From: a virus
Length of the DNA stretch: 64,000 nt
Virus record (IMG/VR): IMGVR_UViG_3300021256_000005
Direction: 5' to 3' (one strand)
The notes under the pieces were generated by a model. The model saw only the letters and a list, made by a program, of their open reading frames with translations, was not told where the DNA came from and ran no database searches. Position numbers and translations under genes: made by a program. Within the stretch, counting starts at the first letter, position 1. Every line of letters begins with the position of its first letter. Shown here piece by piece: positions 21,201 through 30,279 of this stretch.

Positions 21201-24200
21201 TACCACTTAATAATTGCACATATCCAGTTTGTTGATAAACAGCGTTGTTTGCTTCATCAAGTGATTTTCCCGCAGAAACAAACGATTGTTTCATTTTATT
21301 TAATGAATTAGAAGTAGTTGTAACGGTTGCCGTTTCCCAATTATTGTTGGATAATGGTTTCCGTTCAAATATGTCTGCTTGTAGCGACTTTTTAACACGC
21401 TTGTTGACATTTTCAACATCAGCAATTCCAAGAGATTCTTTTAATTGATCGACAGACGGAGCATTAGAACCTTTTAATCCAGATTTTAATATATCGACAT
21501 CTTTATCGAGCAGAGATAAATCTTTACTGGTTAACTTATCTTTATTGCTCATTTTCTTCTTGATAGAAGCATAAGCATTTGTTAATTTGTCTCCACCTTC
21601 ATTGATGCCTTCAGTAAGATCACTAACATATGAAATAACAGCCGATTTCGGATTGCCACTAGACATAATATTCTGAATAGCATCCGTACTCATATTATTA
21701 ACTAAATCAGAAGCAAGAGTGCGCTGTTGTTCATTTAATTTTTGATAAGTACCGTCTAAGCCTTTTAAGTATCCAGTAATTGACTGTTTTACTGTCGAAT
21801 TAGCCGCTTCGAGTGTTGCTTCTCTTGTTTTGATTGCTGATTGGATAGCGTCAGAAGTAACTTCATCGCCATTTGTTACACCAAGTAATTCCTTAATGGC
21901 AGGATCTTGCGAACCCTTTTTGATTTTATAATCTTTGAGTCGTTGAATTTCACCAGTGATACCAGTGTACTTCATCAACTCATCATATTGTTCGCCTTTT
22001 GCACCAGAAGCAAGTATATAACCTTCGGCTTTTTGCTTTTCGTCTAATTTTGTGTCGGCTTTATAAGCTTTAACAACGGAATTAAAACCAGAATTTTCAA
22101 TATCGTCACTACCATTAAAAGCAGTAGCGTAAGCCGTTTGTTGCTCTTTTGCAAGTGCATCATTTAAGCCTTCAACGTTGCCTTTAAGGTTTACGATAGC
22201 GTTACCTTGTGCGTCATATCCAGATACCAGAGTAGGATACATACTAGCAATTTGATTGCTAATATCTAAATATCTTTCATACTGATCGGTAGATAAAGAC
22301 AAATTTTGGTTTTGATCTCCAACCCCTTTAGACAACTGCATATATTCATCTTTAAAAGCGGAAACCTGTTCGCTATGTTGACGATAATTTTCAAGCTGTG
22401 TCTTAGAGGTTGTCATCATGTCTGATGTAGCTTGTTTAGCTTCGGCTTTTGTAACGATTGCTTTACTAACAGCAGTCATTACAGCTTCGATACCAATAGA
22501 TGCCGCCGCCATAATACCGCCAGTAGCTAAACCAGAAATGGCATTCGCACCAAAATTTTTCAGAACACCTTTAATACCGTTGTTAGTCAATGAGTTATTA
22601 TAAGAAGTACGTGTCTCATTCTCCTTCTTAATAAGCTCATTTGTTTTACCAACTACAGCGGTAACAGACGCTTCGCCATCGAAAGATTTCTTCGCTTGTT
22701 GAGCAAGTGCTTGATGTGTTTTTCCTGCATCTTCAATGGATTGTCCGTTCTTCTTTAAGTCTGCAACTTCCTTTTCCCATTCATCAGCCGACTGAGACAT
22801 TGCACGTTTGATGGAGTCAGAATTTTCCGTAACCTCTGGAAGCATAGGGAGAGGATTTTGTTCACCGTTCCAGAAACGAGAAAAAGCACCTTTAACACCT
22901 GCGCCAGTTTCTTTTCTGGCTTGTCTGCGCAGTTGTTGTTCAGATTTCCGCTGATCGACTGGTACTTGTGCTTGTCCTGTCAATAATTCTTGATAACGTG
23001 ACTCTGCTAGATCATTATGATTACCTACATTTTGCGCAAACCTTTTTACATCTTTAACAATGTTAGTATCTTTACGTTTTGCACGGGTGTAACCAAAAAC
23101 AGTAGCCATCATGCTTAATCCAGTCGGAACAGCACCCATCGTACCCCAAATTTTAGTTACGATATTTAATAATGCCGTACCACCAGAAACAGCATCTTTC
23201 AGACCATCAGAATCAAGAAAGTTCGCCCAAAATTTCTGTTGTTGATTTTTGAACGCTTCTAATCGCCCACTCAAACTGTCCTGAACAATTTTAATATCAC
23301 GATCAGAATATCCCGAAGAGTTCTTAGAGGATTCATAAACATCCTGCAACATATCACCATTTTGTAAAATGGATGCCACGATAGATGCTCTATTTTTACC
23401 GCCCAGTAACTCAAGTAATGCCGAACTACGGTTTGTGCCATACTTTTTATCTTCTTCTTGAATCTCGCCGTATACTTTGGAAATATCTAACAAGGTTTCA
23501 TATACATCTTTATATGAACCATTAGCCTTTTCCATACTTACGCCCTGATAGCCGTTAGAAGCTACCGCCGTAAGTTTCATCAAGTCAGCATTGATTTTGG
23601 ATTGTGTTTGAGGAACGCCACTAGTATCCTCGCCTTCAGCTTTTAACTGTTCACCAGAAAGCTTTGTTCCCTGTAAACGAAGTGCGATGGTTCTTAAACC
23701 AGTACCAACTTGCTCAGAGTTCTGAATAATTGCATTGCCCGCTACAGTCAGAGCATTTGCTTTATCCATGTCGATTCCGAGGGCGGACAATGTGCCAGTA
23801 GAACGCTGTAAAGATTCCGCTAATTCTTGCGGCGAAATACTAAAGTTATTACCAATCTTACTCAGCTTGTCTACAATGTCCTTTTTGCTCATATTTTTAT
23901 AAGCCTGCGACATTGATACAAGCGAAGTAGTAGCATCGTTTACATTTTCAAAGTCAGAGATTTTATATAAAATCGTTGCTTCTTTTGCTGACTGCTGTGC
24001 TTGACTTAAATTTTCACCAAGTCGCATCCAATCGGTTGTAGATTTTTGAATATCCAAACCATTTGCAGATGCTTCTTTGGCTGTTTTAAAACTATCAACT
24101 TTGGCGAATTTTTCAAGCGAAGAATAAGAATCATTCGATACAACCTTCATTTCTGTCAGTGCATCATCTAATTCTTTTACAGTGTTGATTCCCTGTTTCA

Positions 24201-26256
24201 GTCCGTCCCATGCTTTCATGGCAACGCCAAAAGTGCCGATGTATGAGAAAAACGCCAAGGCTTTACCTTTAGCAGAAACTAATGCCTGTTCAAAACTTGA
24301 CAGCTGTTTGATAGGCGCAGACATATCCAACGTATAGCCTAACCCGTTGACAGTATTACCAGACATTTTTAACAGCTGTTCACTACCTTGTGCTGTCTGT
24401 AATGTTGCTGATAATGTTTGGATACCTTTTTGACTTTGCGGAGTATGAACTTTTAACAAGCGCATACCATTACGACGCTGTTTAGCGATTTCTGCGTTGA
24501 ATGCATCACTTAACTGCTGACTATATGTTTTAATACCATCCTGTGCAAAATATGTAAAGTTTTTATTGGCTAAACTACTATTGACCTGTTTACGAAATTC
24601 TGATTTTAACTGTTTTTGTGAAGCTTCAAACTCTTTATATTGTGATTCATAATATGACGATAATTTAGAATTGTTATATAGGTTTTTTAACTGTTTAATA
24701 TTATTGTCATGCAATGACTTCTGCATCTGATACTGACCAACCATATCCGCATTGGCAGTGCCAGATTCAGTCATATATGCCGAATTAGAAGTATACAGCT
24801 TTTGTCCAGACACTCTAGCTTTTTGCAGGGCAGTCATAAACTGTTGTTCCTGCTGTGTCATATACTGTTTCGTGCGTGATATATCTACAGTCGGATTCCT
24901 AACCAACGTCCCATCAGACAAGAAAGAACCAGTTACTTTTTGTAGTTTTGTATTACCAGTGTCAAAAACGGTAGTAAAATTAACTAATCCATTTGAGGTA
25001 CGTTTTACAGAACTTGTAATAACATCAAAGCCTTTAGCAACATCTTGTGCCTTTTGAGCAAGATTATCTTGCGCTCTATTGTAATTCTCTGGTGTCCAAT
25101 ATGTAGAATCAGATAGTCCATATTTATTTCTTTGTGTTTCTTTGAAACCATTAAAAACTTTAGGAACACCGTCATCAATTCTGCCAGAATATGTACGAAG
25201 CTTTCTTTCATTAGCATCTACATCAGCAGTCCACGTCTTACGTTTTTCATTGTATTGAACGCCTAGGATTTTTGATAACTCTGTCAGTTGTCCACTATTC
25301 TTTAAGGCTGTTTTAATATCTGATTTTACAATAGCTTGCGACAAAGAGTTAGCAATCCGTTGAGTATCTAATTCAACACGTGTTGGAATTTTATTTGGCG
25401 TAACAGCGTTATAAGCTGTACCAAACTTTAATGGATTATAAACAAAATTCTTATTTGAAGGAATCGTAAAATTAGCAGAAGCTAAATGTAATCCGCTTTG
25501 TTTTGGCAGTAAAAATCTTTCAGTTTTTAAATCATCACCAAAGTAATTTTTACTTTTTGGATACAAAGGATTATTTTTATAATCTTTATAAAAAACAGGA
25601 TTATTTCTTTGTAATGTTTTCCCTTCTTGTAATCTGCGTAAGTTACTTTCCTGTTTTTGGTAAATAGGAACATAAGAAGCATTGTTAATCTTTAATTTCT
25701 TATTGGAAACAAGTACCATATCACTAATTTGATTATGCAAATCATTGATAGTACGATATGTTGATTCCTCAATTCCTTTATATAAATCTGGAATTACTTT
25801 TTCAGCAGATTTCATCAAAGAAGTATAAGACGTAGGAATTTCTACGCCTTTTACTTTAGCCATATTATAATTACTAGCTATCGTCTTTGCAAGCTTACCC
25901 CCTTTATCGGTTTGCAAAAATTGAGTAGGAGATAAGTTAACCTTTTGCGCTTCTTTTTGAAATGTACTATATGCTGTTTTTAAATTTTTAGATATAGATT
26001 CTTTATCAAGCCCGAGAATACGAGACGATAACGGATTCTGTTGTTTTAATTTTCCGATCTCATTGATTGTATTTTTTACAGAACCAAAATTATCTAAAAG
26101 TTTTTTCGGATTAACAACATTAAGTTTAATGTTTCTCGTTTTCTCTAAATTATTAAGCTGTTGTTCAGCTTCGAGTATTTTGCTATCGTCTATATTGAGT
26201 TTTGCATCAATAGCGGCTTTTAATTTAGCTTCAATATCTATAACTCTACTTTTCAA
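15217..26256 (-). CDS. Tape measure protein, 3679 aa
   Basis: A TP901-type TMP core-like segment is present (ELAESLQRSTGTLSALGIDMDKANALTVAGNAIIQNSEQVGTGLRTIALRLQG). Hydrophobic Gly/Ala-rich segments and very long coiled coils are also present. It lies immediately upstream of Dit/Tal. Confidence 0.9.
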   Translation of the reverse strand: MKSRVIDIEAKLKAAIDAKLNIDDSKILEAEQQLNNLEKTRNIKLNVVNPKKLLDNFGSVKNTINEIGKLKQQNPLSSRILGLDKESISKNLKTAYSTFQKEAQKVNLSPTQFLQTDKGGKLAKTIASNYNMAKVKGVEIPTSYTSLMKSAEKVIPDLYKGIEESTYRTINDLHNQISDMVLVSNKKLKINNASYVPIYQKQESNLRRLQEGKTLQRNNPVFYKDYKNNPLYPKSKNYFGDDLKTERFLLPKQSGLHLASANFTIPSNKNFVYNPLKFGTAYNAVTPNKIPTRVELDTQRIANSLSQAIVKSDIKTALKNSGQLTELSKILGVQYNEKRKTWTADVDANERKLRTYSGRIDDGVPKVFNGFKETQRNKYGLSDSTYWTPENYNRAQDNLAQKAQDVAKGFDVITSSVKRTSNGLVNFTTVFDTGNTKLQKVTGSFLSDGTLVRNPTVDISRTKQYMTQQEQQFMTALQKARVSGQKLYTSNSAYMTESGTANADMVGQYQMQKSLHDNNIKQLKNLYNNSKLSSYYESQYKEFEASQKQLKSEFRKQVNSSLANKNFTYFAQDGIKTYSQQLSDAFNAEIAKQRRNGMRLLKVHTPQSQKGIQTLSATLQTAQGSEQLLKMSGNTVNGLGYTLDMSAPIKQLSSFEQALVSAKGKALAFFSYIGTFGVAMKAWDGLKQGINTVKELDDALTEMKVVSNDSYSSLEKFAKVDSFKTAKEASANGLDIQKSTTDWMRLGENLSQAQQSAKEATILYKISDFENVNDATTSLVSMSQAYKNMSKKDIVDKLSKIGNNFSISPQELAESLQRSTGTLSALGIDMDKANALTVAGNAIIQNSEQVGTGLRTIALRLQGTKLSGEQLKAEGEDTSGVPQTQSKINADLMKLTAVASNGYQGVSMEKANGSYKDVYETLLDISKVYGEIQEEDKKYGTNRSSALLELLGGKNRASIVASILQNGDMLQDVYESSKNSSGYSDRDIKIVQDSLSGRLEAFKNQQQKFWANFLDSDGLKDAVSGGTALLNIVTKIWGTMGAVPTGLSMMATVFGYTRAKRKDTNIVKDVKRFAQNVGNHNDLAESRYQELLTGQAQVPVDQRKSEQQLRRQARKETGAGVKGAFSRFWNGEQNPLPMLPEVTENSDSIKRAMSQSADEWEKEVADLKKNGQSIEDAGKTHQALAQQAKKSFDGEASVTAVVGKTNELIKKENETRTSYNNSLTNNGIKGVLKNFGANAISGLATGGIMAAASIGIEAVMTAVSKAIVTKAEAKQATSDMMTTSKTQLENYRQHSEQVSAFKDEYMQLSKGVGDQNQNLSLSTDQYERYLDISNQIASMYPTLVSGYDAQGNAIVNLKGNVEGLNDALAKEQQTAYATAFNGSDDIENSGFNSVVKAYKADTKLDEKQKAEGYILASGAKGEQYDELMKYTGITGEIQRLKDYKIKKGSQDPAIKELLGVTNGDEVTSDAIQSAIKTREATLEAANSTVKQSITGYLKGLDGTYQKLNEQQRTLASDLVNNMSTDAIQNIMSSGNPKSAVISYVSDLTEGINEGGDKLTNAYASIKKKMSNKDKLTSKDLSLLDKDVDILKSGLKGSNAPSVDQLKESLGIADVENVNKRVKKSLQADIFERKPLSNNNWETATVTTTSNSLNKMKQSFVSAGKSLDEANNAVYQQTGYVQLLSGKWIDVDKYVGKFTNSQKEAWLEAVSGATSAAEAVNNYASSMGSITGGFTLPFDLDTEKKNISNIETALKESNSSTGLSSTSISNLTSLFSESGLNTDKLFENSANGIKLNVKSLNELNSAYADTNLKDASVQLEDLRTQYDDVTKSINNTTDSETKLRLLRQQDTLKDEIGQVEQQVSAYTALTSKFNQWQTAISAGSYGAQSDTIRSAKKSIQQLYNNHDWGNEGFQKFVSMFFPDDTDVNKWDADKFAKSYSTKVKSKLNRWFGSDTTDSANNFIQDAIAKGVFKKDDKNGYNLNMDTNTAAKKMGISSSLYDTLLSELKEKGFEIHFDYEPVSTKELKKRIEQDKKDLQADGVTTIGIDFNVTDPQKAKQQITDVANELAKLTDNGKLTKKSEFDSADWDKVKYYTHSLQMLNYNKRQNADASNKYVSSYMNADTSNATEDQKKQITALQTLRRKYNSYQSVQDTIKQGGIVSNKTKSAVKEDLVSSARTLQNLYNKSGNQIGFDLGINVKSDDKTILDQLLASDGKVFQTKVEVDDSSVVNATKDLNAYKEALNKSDNKSAKSKYKTVSKDVSSTATSWSKLLTKKGKLSDSSNGIVTSQYNQLLQAEQSAGLINSKGKSTLKISMSKKDKSNLDKVFKAAGLDMDKVFTISVKDNASKKVDKIDKKKPKDKTVKLSAKDLATKIIQRVDRKALHDKTVKISASTGNIFSLFNELGQPITKRVIVKVGSTGITSGDGKAYKYPGKTGIGVTGHAATVNVPTGTQPLFMTKANGSFHAFANGTDVTIQKDQKALVNEIGQESIVRNGKWSLLDGGAHFESLKSGDIVFNHKQTAELLKNGYVTSNEGHGRLIGSFAHGSIPAYYSANRDTGHVSLISNPKKKKKKTSSKSSSKSTSKSSSKSSSKSSGKSSSKSKSKSSGKGNSKALSSSEKLSKAADKLSSAFDNLHDWIERWIDRVNTRLDRYNNNSTNTTHSFTSRQKNLQSEYNLALDSYRKATTSAKRYMKQADASVKKRTVKFKENGKQYSVTASLSSKYKKLVRDGNYKAIQKIKNPVTKELINEYQSWYDKAQSAVDQQIAWQQKIADIEQQRLDNIKTYYETSANVYTTEKGIYESTNQLLENQGKNISGSYYSNLAKQHSLQNKATSQYEKEQDAYAKEMVNARKAVRDTNTINTKATKQYAKDVEKQKKLQAKLAKDQKKYGKNSKKVKADKKALSKQQAKTAQDKKKVTDSKNEYVAQREYYLSIKATYNEIKQQVIDSKNTSQELINQMKEIRLTLKQWVVDKFGRIADGLKAVATYNTSKHASFDTMDNDAIKNAQLTIQNNQSYLKALRDQRAEMVKQLDDYDPNSQKYQDLAKQISDVDSQILSVGEDINQQVDNIVNTAVNKFTRAITKIQNDIRDASHLFNLLDSDTFVSDAGELNRSGYAGLLLIGEQINKNIDAIQSWKNGIASIQKLYKSGEISEQTLTERMSEYTQSIQQAVESNENLKKSIINIYQTQIQNENQVLQDNINLRKSALSAKEDYYDYNKTLKDKNKDINQLKAEIAALQGVSSEAGAAKLLQLQQQLKDAQEDYDDTVRSHKINLISDGYDDLANNTNKALNNTLDQLKTNSQFQIDIVKDMLDKIKAEYDDAYNYINDVIKRTGTTTEGLNNKTKPVHTNINTASDAGRNVSGDLNTHNSATLDTPTVKTDTSIPDSTAGKTNTNASKGKDNASGDYVYNAPKPAPAPAKTTTPTTTKTTPKTTTAKKKSTAKTVQQKQAEKLIRQKVLAIINSYTPDAKKFQKLSLNSLRKAGIIGGTVVQMNGVQGTVDSHGNLFFNTKGKNSIVRRVNLPTGVIKDFKYDEKSYKKYVKNNKIYSKEFKGALHNRGVKGYSQGGVIDRLIPLSDLMNGDDGIITAQYGEMVLPKSFTQNSVPDFIDSVERMQKLINTTRKATTIVPNINIHYDSLLNVEGSIDAETYPKVKDLLEQSYEYTSKRMYQDIRKTGLR

Positions 26257-26268
26257 AATATCACCACC

Positions 26269-26838
26269 CTATAAGTTACCTTCGATAACGCTAAATACAT
26301 TATCAACCAGTTGTGCAACATTTTTATCTATAATATTTTCTTCTCTTTGATATTCTGTTTGTTCGGGAGAATCACTTTTTTGTGCCATTCTGCCCCAACG
26401 TACTGGATTAGTAATAAATGGATACGTTGTCCATCTCGGTGCGCCACTATGAGAAACGCCAGCTAATACACCACTTTTTGCTCCCCCGTGATAGCCTTCT
26501 TCCCACACTAAGTTGGCTAAATATTCATTACCTAAAGACTCTGACGCATAATATTCGACAATGATTGCAGTTCCAGTTACTTTGGGTTGTACTATTTTAT
26601 TTAATGAATTTCTACGTCTATATGCAACAGGAGAGTAACTCCCATAAAAATCTTGTGCTGTTTCTACGCCCGCTTGCTTAATTTCAACGCTCATCTGTTC
26701 CGCTGTTTGTTTGGCAAGCTGTAATAATTGTTCATTAGATCGAGTCACTGCATTTTGTATGTATTCTTTATATTTTCGTTGTAAAGGTGTTTCAACTAAT
26801 TCCTTAAATTGTGATAACAAATTACTCAATATACTCAC
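26269..26838 (-). CDS. Hypothetical protein just upstream of TMP (189 aa)
   Basis: Uninterrupted ORF in the tail operon. Any tail assembly role is inferred from position only. Confidence 0.5.
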   Translation of the reverse strand: MSILSNLLSQFKELVETPLQRKYKEYIQNAVTRSNEQLLQLAKQTAEQMSVEIKQAGVETAQDFYGSYSPVAYRRRNSLNKIVQPKVTGTAIIVEYYASESLGNEYLANLVWEEGYHGGAKSGVLAGVSHSGAPRWTTYPFITNPVRWGRMAQKSDSPEQTEYQREENIIDKNVAQLVDNVFSVIEGNL

Positions 26839-26882
26839 CCTCGAAAAGATTATATGGCTCTGACACCATATAATCCTAATAA

Positions 26883-27443
26883 TTATTTACTAACAGTAAA
26901 TAATTTTTTAAGCGACTCTTTTTCTTCATCACTTAAATCATCGAACTTATTAGATAATGCGTCAATTGCCATCTGTGTAATAGTTTCAAATATCGTTCCA
27001 ACTTCTGATAACTTATCGTTGAAAAACTTGTGCGGTTCAAAATTATTAAACTTATAATCAGATTCAACATCAGAAAGAATTTCGTCAAAAAATATTAAAT
27101 CGTCTTCAACGTATTTAATAAACCGCATATAAAAGTTACTTCTAAATAATAAATCATACGATTCATTCGGCTTCGTGAAATCTACCTGAATGTCAGTATA
27201 ACATTCCACAATACATAAATAATATAAGATTTTAAGAACATATTTCTGCTGTTTAAACTCATGTTCTGAACCATAAGCAGATTTCATTACGGCTTCACAA
27301 ACACTCATTTTTTCATCAATCGGAACATAAAATCTTGTAATATGATCTGTAATAAAAGTCTCAAGATCTTCTTCGGCAATTTCTTCTTGTCGAACCTGTC
27401 TTAATTTATCTTCATATTCTTCAATTACTTTATTTAATTCCAC
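26883..27443 (-). CDS. Acidic hypothetical protein, tail-assembly-chaperone candidate by position (186 aa)
   Basis: Acidic helical protein two genes upstream of TMP. No frameshift signal was seen. Confidence 0.45.
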   Translation of the reverse strand: MELNKVIEEYEDKLRQVRQEEIAEEDLETFITDHITRFYVPIDEKMSVCEAVMKSAYGSEHEFKQQKYVLKILYYLCIVECYTDIQVDFTKPNESYDLLFRSNFYMRFIKYVEDDLIFFDEILSDVESDYKFNNFEPHKFFNDKLSEVGTIFETITQMAIDALSNKFDDLSDEEKESLKKLFTVSK

Positions 27444-27906
27444 GCTGTTTCTCCTTTTTGTCCTGTCTTTTAAGTTTTACAAAATCATCCCAGTTTATCC
27501 AACCAGTTTTCTTTGACCATGTGAGCCAACAAAAATTAACGTCTGGATATTTGTATTCAAATAGTTTTCGCTTTAATTTTGCTACTGGATCCACTAACAA
27601 TCCTGCACCTTTCGTGTCTATTACACGTTCCTTACCGTCAGAATACTTAATCCAATAATCAGAGACGTATTCTATTTTTCGCACCAGAGAACCATCTTTT
27701 CTACGAAAACTTTCCTGCAACAAATATTTTTTTTGAAGTTGATAATCTACGATAGTTCCATTTTGATATAAGGGCAGTAGTACATCAGTGTAAAATTTCA
27801 TCTCTATATTAGAAGCAAACTGAAACGTCTTTTGTAAATGATCGTCAAAGACTGTTCTGTTTTGTTTAGCTTTTTTAGAAACATCGACTTTATATTTACT
27901 ACGCAT
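27430..27906 (-). CDS. DUF1064-like protein (PD-(D/E)xK / resolvase-like fold)
   Basis: The pattern FASNIEMKFY ... G.I ... QLQKKYLL ... YVSDYWIKYSDGKERVIDTKG ... KLKRKLFEYKYP matches the DUF1064 layout. Confidence 0.6.
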   Translation of the reverse strand: MRSKYKVDVSKKAKQNRTVFDDHLQKTFQFASNIEMKFYTDVLLPLYQNGTIVDYQLQKKYLLQESFRRKDGSLVRKIEYVSDYWIKYSDGKERVIDTKGAGLLVDPVAKLKRKLFEYKYPDVNFCWLTWSKKTGWINWDDFVKLKRQDKKEKQRGIK

Positions 27907-28519
27907 GATATAATTCCTGTAAATGATTCAGACGATCAGTAGCAATTCCGTATTTGATTTGTTCATCAGAATCAAAATACCAGTCTTTTGATTTGTTTTC
28001 GTCAAACAACTTTTCATCAATGTTGGTTCGAGACAACACAAGATCCTTCATTAGATTTACTTCTCGCCTATAGTCTTTCTGAAACTGTTCGATTTCATCA
28101 AATGTTCCCTGTGTCTGAGCAGAACCACGATGCAACATTGCACGACTGTGTGACATAGTGAATCGTTTCTGTCCACAAATAAATAAGTACAATCCACAAG
28201 ACATAGCTAATCCCATATTATAAGTATAAATTGGCGTTTCAGAAGATAGGATAGTATCAACTAAAGAAAATCCAGAAGCTACAGAACCACCATTAGTAAA
28301 AATACAAATTTTAATTGGCATACGTTCTTTAATTGGTTTCCCAAAATCTTCCAGATTAATTAAAACAATTTCTTTTTGCAATTCCAGTAAGGTATCATCA
28401 ATCTCATAATCTACATAAAAAATTCTCTGTTCTCTTAACTTAAAGAAGTTCAGCGAATACTCTGAGGGTAACTGTAAATTTTCTACATCCTTTGGAATAT
28501 CAAGTTCTAAAACATTCAT
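27899..28519 (-). CDS. ClpP-family (S14) serine protease-like protein
   Basis: ICIFTNGGSVASGFSLVDTI, GLAMSCGLYL (Ser), AMLHRGS (His) and DWYFDSDEQIKYGIAT (Asp region) follow the ClpP order. Confidence 0.8.
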   Translation of the reverse strand: MNVLELDIPKDVENLQLPSEYSLNFFKLREQRIFYVDYEIDDTLLELQKEIVLINLEDFGKPIKERMPIKICIFTNGGSVASGFSLVDTILSSETPIYTYNMGLAMSCGLYLFICGQKRFTMSHSRAMLHRGSAQTQGTFDEIEQFQKDYRREVNLMKDLVLSRTNIDEKLFDENKSKDWYFDSDEQIKYGIATDRLNHLQELYHA

Positions 28520-28531
28520 AATGTCACCGCC

Positions 28532-29971
28532 TTACATATTGATTTTCATATTTTTTACAGCGCAAACAACTCTAGCTGTTTTTAGCTTATTACATAAAAC
28601 ACGTTCCAGTTGCGCCTTGAAGTTTAATCGAGTTTTTTCATCTGAATGAACTAATACAATTTTTTGTGTGTTAATAGAAGAGTAGTATCTTAATAAATCA
28701 TAATATTGCATATGTGAAGAAAACGATTTTAAATTCACAATTTGTGCTTTGTTTTTAACAAATGTATTATTAATATTAAAAGATTTAATATGACCTTCTT
28801 TAATATATCGTGCAAGAGTGCCTTCTCCTGCATAACCAATAAAAGCAATACAATCTTCTGGATTAGGCAAAATACTTTTTACCCATGACACGCTACGTCC
28901 CGCTGTCAACATACCAGAAGAAGCTAATATAACAGCACTTCTGGTGTTTTCTAAGTGATACACGCTATCCTCTGGCGCAACAATCCGAATAATATTTTGC
29001 CAATTCATCATATCGTCAAATTTTTCTTTTGCTTCGCCAGTTAAAATTTCACCATACGCATCTAGTAATCGATTAGCCAACGGACTATCTAATAAAATAG
29101 GCACTTTGAAATCTTTATCGTATCCAAACATTGAAAATAAAATCCACAATATGTACGGAAACCTATCTAATGAAAACGTGGGGATTAGAACTCTGTGATT
29201 ACGCTCTACACAATATTGTTCTATGACAGTCCGTAATTTAACTTTATCTTTTACTTGCGATGGTGGATTATGTGCGCATCCGTATGTACACTCACCAATT
29301 ACTATGTCCGCACTAGTAACAGGCTGAAAATGTTCAACAAAAATTCTGGTATCTTCTGTCGCAAGATTACCAAGGTCAGACGTAAACAACACTTTATGAA
29401 TTTTGTTTTTATGCACTAGCCACATTTCTGTTTGCTGTGATAATAAAATGTGACCCGCAGGAGAGTAGCGGATTTGCATATCTTCATACACTGGATAAAT
29501 AATATCACATTCAACTTCTTCAATATGTTTAAGTGCGGTCTTTACATCATCTTCTGTATATAGCGGTTGGCGTTCTTGTTTTGAAGAATACATCTTGTTG
29601 ATTTGCATAACATCACGCTGATTGATAAATGCACAATCCATCCACATTTCTTTTAAGATTCTTGTTGAGTTTTTCGGTACGATAATGCGAGCATTACAGT
29701 TATTGCGATATAATGCGGGAATTAACCCGACATGATCTACGTGGCAATGTCCAACTACAATAGCGTCTATTGTCTTTGGTTTAATGTCTTGCAGTATCTT
29801 TTGATTTAACACATAATTTTCACGGATATTATGTTTTTCTTGTATCAGTCCACATTCAAATAAATATGTGTGTTGCATTGTTAAAATTTTTGAACATGAA
29901 CCAGTTACACCTAATGCATTACCACCTATAATTTCAATTGTCGTTCGTTTTTTGTTAAAATTTTTGCTCAT
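28532..29971 (-). CDS. Metallo-beta-lactamase fold, beta-CASP-type nuclease (RNase J/CPSF-like)
   Basis: HxHxDH motif (VVGHCHVDHVG). Downstream His/Asp motifs and a C-terminal SSH motif fit beta-CASP proteins. The size, 479 aa, also fits. Confidence 0.75.
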   Translation of the reverse strand: MSKNFNKKRTTIEIIGGNALGVTGSCSKILTMQHTYLFECGLIQEKHNIRENYVLNQKILQDIKPKTIDAIVVGHCHVDHVGLIPALYRNNCNARIIVPKNSTRILKEMWMDCAFINQRDVMQINKMYSSKQERQPLYTEDDVKTALKHIEEVECDIIYPVYEDMQIRYSPAGHILLSQQTEMWLVHKNKIHKVLFTSDLGNLATEDTRIFVEHFQPVTSADIVIGECTYGCAHNPPSQVKDKVKLRTVIEQYCVERNHRVLIPTFSLDRFPYILWILFSMFGYDKDFKVPILLDSPLANRLLDAYGEILTGEAKEKFDDMMNWQNIIRIVAPEDSVYHLENTRSAVILASSGMLTAGRSVSWVKSILPNPEDCIAFIGYAGEGTLARYIKEGHIKSFNINNTFVKNKAQIVNLKSFSSHMQYYDLLRYYSSINTQKIVLVHSDEKTRLNFKAQLERVLCNKLKTARVVCAVKNMKINM

Positions 29972-30195
29972 TTTAATGTATGCTCATTCCACTGTCGATA
30001 TAATTCTCTAGTTGCTTTATTTTTTAGAAACACATAAGTAATCGGATTTTCGGGATGGCGTGAGTTATATAGAATATCAACCAAATACTGTCCCGCATCA
30101 TGCTTAATATACAGCCGAAACTGAATGTGATTTCCAATATAAACAACTTCATCTGAATTATATGTTTTACCAGTAATTACAGAAGTTGTTCGCAT
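29968..30195 (-). CDS. Small hypothetical protein (75 aa)
   Basis: The ORF overlaps the downstream start by 4 nt, suggesting translational coupling. Confidence 0.55.
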   Translation of the reverse strand: MRTTSVITGKTYNSDEVVYIGNHIQFRLYIKHDAGQYLVDILYNSRHPENPITYVFLKNKATRELYRQWNEHTLK

Positions 30196-30213
30196 AAGTA
30201 TCCTTTCTGAACG

Positions 30214-30254
30214 GTAAAAAAAGAGAGATTTATACTATCGTATACATATCTCCC
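30214..30254 (-). terminator. Probable intrinsic terminator
   Basis: An imperfect long hairpin (gagagat ... atctccc, with inner tatac/gtata) is followed on the minus strand by T7. Confidence 0.45.
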
Positions 30255-30279
30255 ATCTTTTTAAATTCCATTCACAGTA

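Noticed and set aside
15359-25217. Numerous 60-107-aa track ORFs on both strands inside the TMP gene, for example 18281..18604, 19070..19384 and 24752..25057.
   Set aside because: All are nested within the 11-kb uninterrupted TMP frame. They have low-complexity mirror compositions and lack RBS signals, so they are by-products of biased coiled-coil coding sequence.
26269-27443. A programmed -1 frameshift (gpG/gpGT-type) between the two ORFs preceding the tape measure gene.
   Set aside because: The ORFs are separated by a 44-nt gap rather than overlapping. I saw no slippery heptamer at the end of the first ORF. The second ORF appears to be independently initiated.
27899-28519. Interpreting the ClpP-like protein as the capsid maturation protease.
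   Set aside because: This is not excluded, but the gene lies about 9 kb from the portal/capsid genes, within the tail region and behind two terminators. The head module contains its own protease/scaffold candidate. It is therefore reported as an unusual accessory gene rather than assigned that role.
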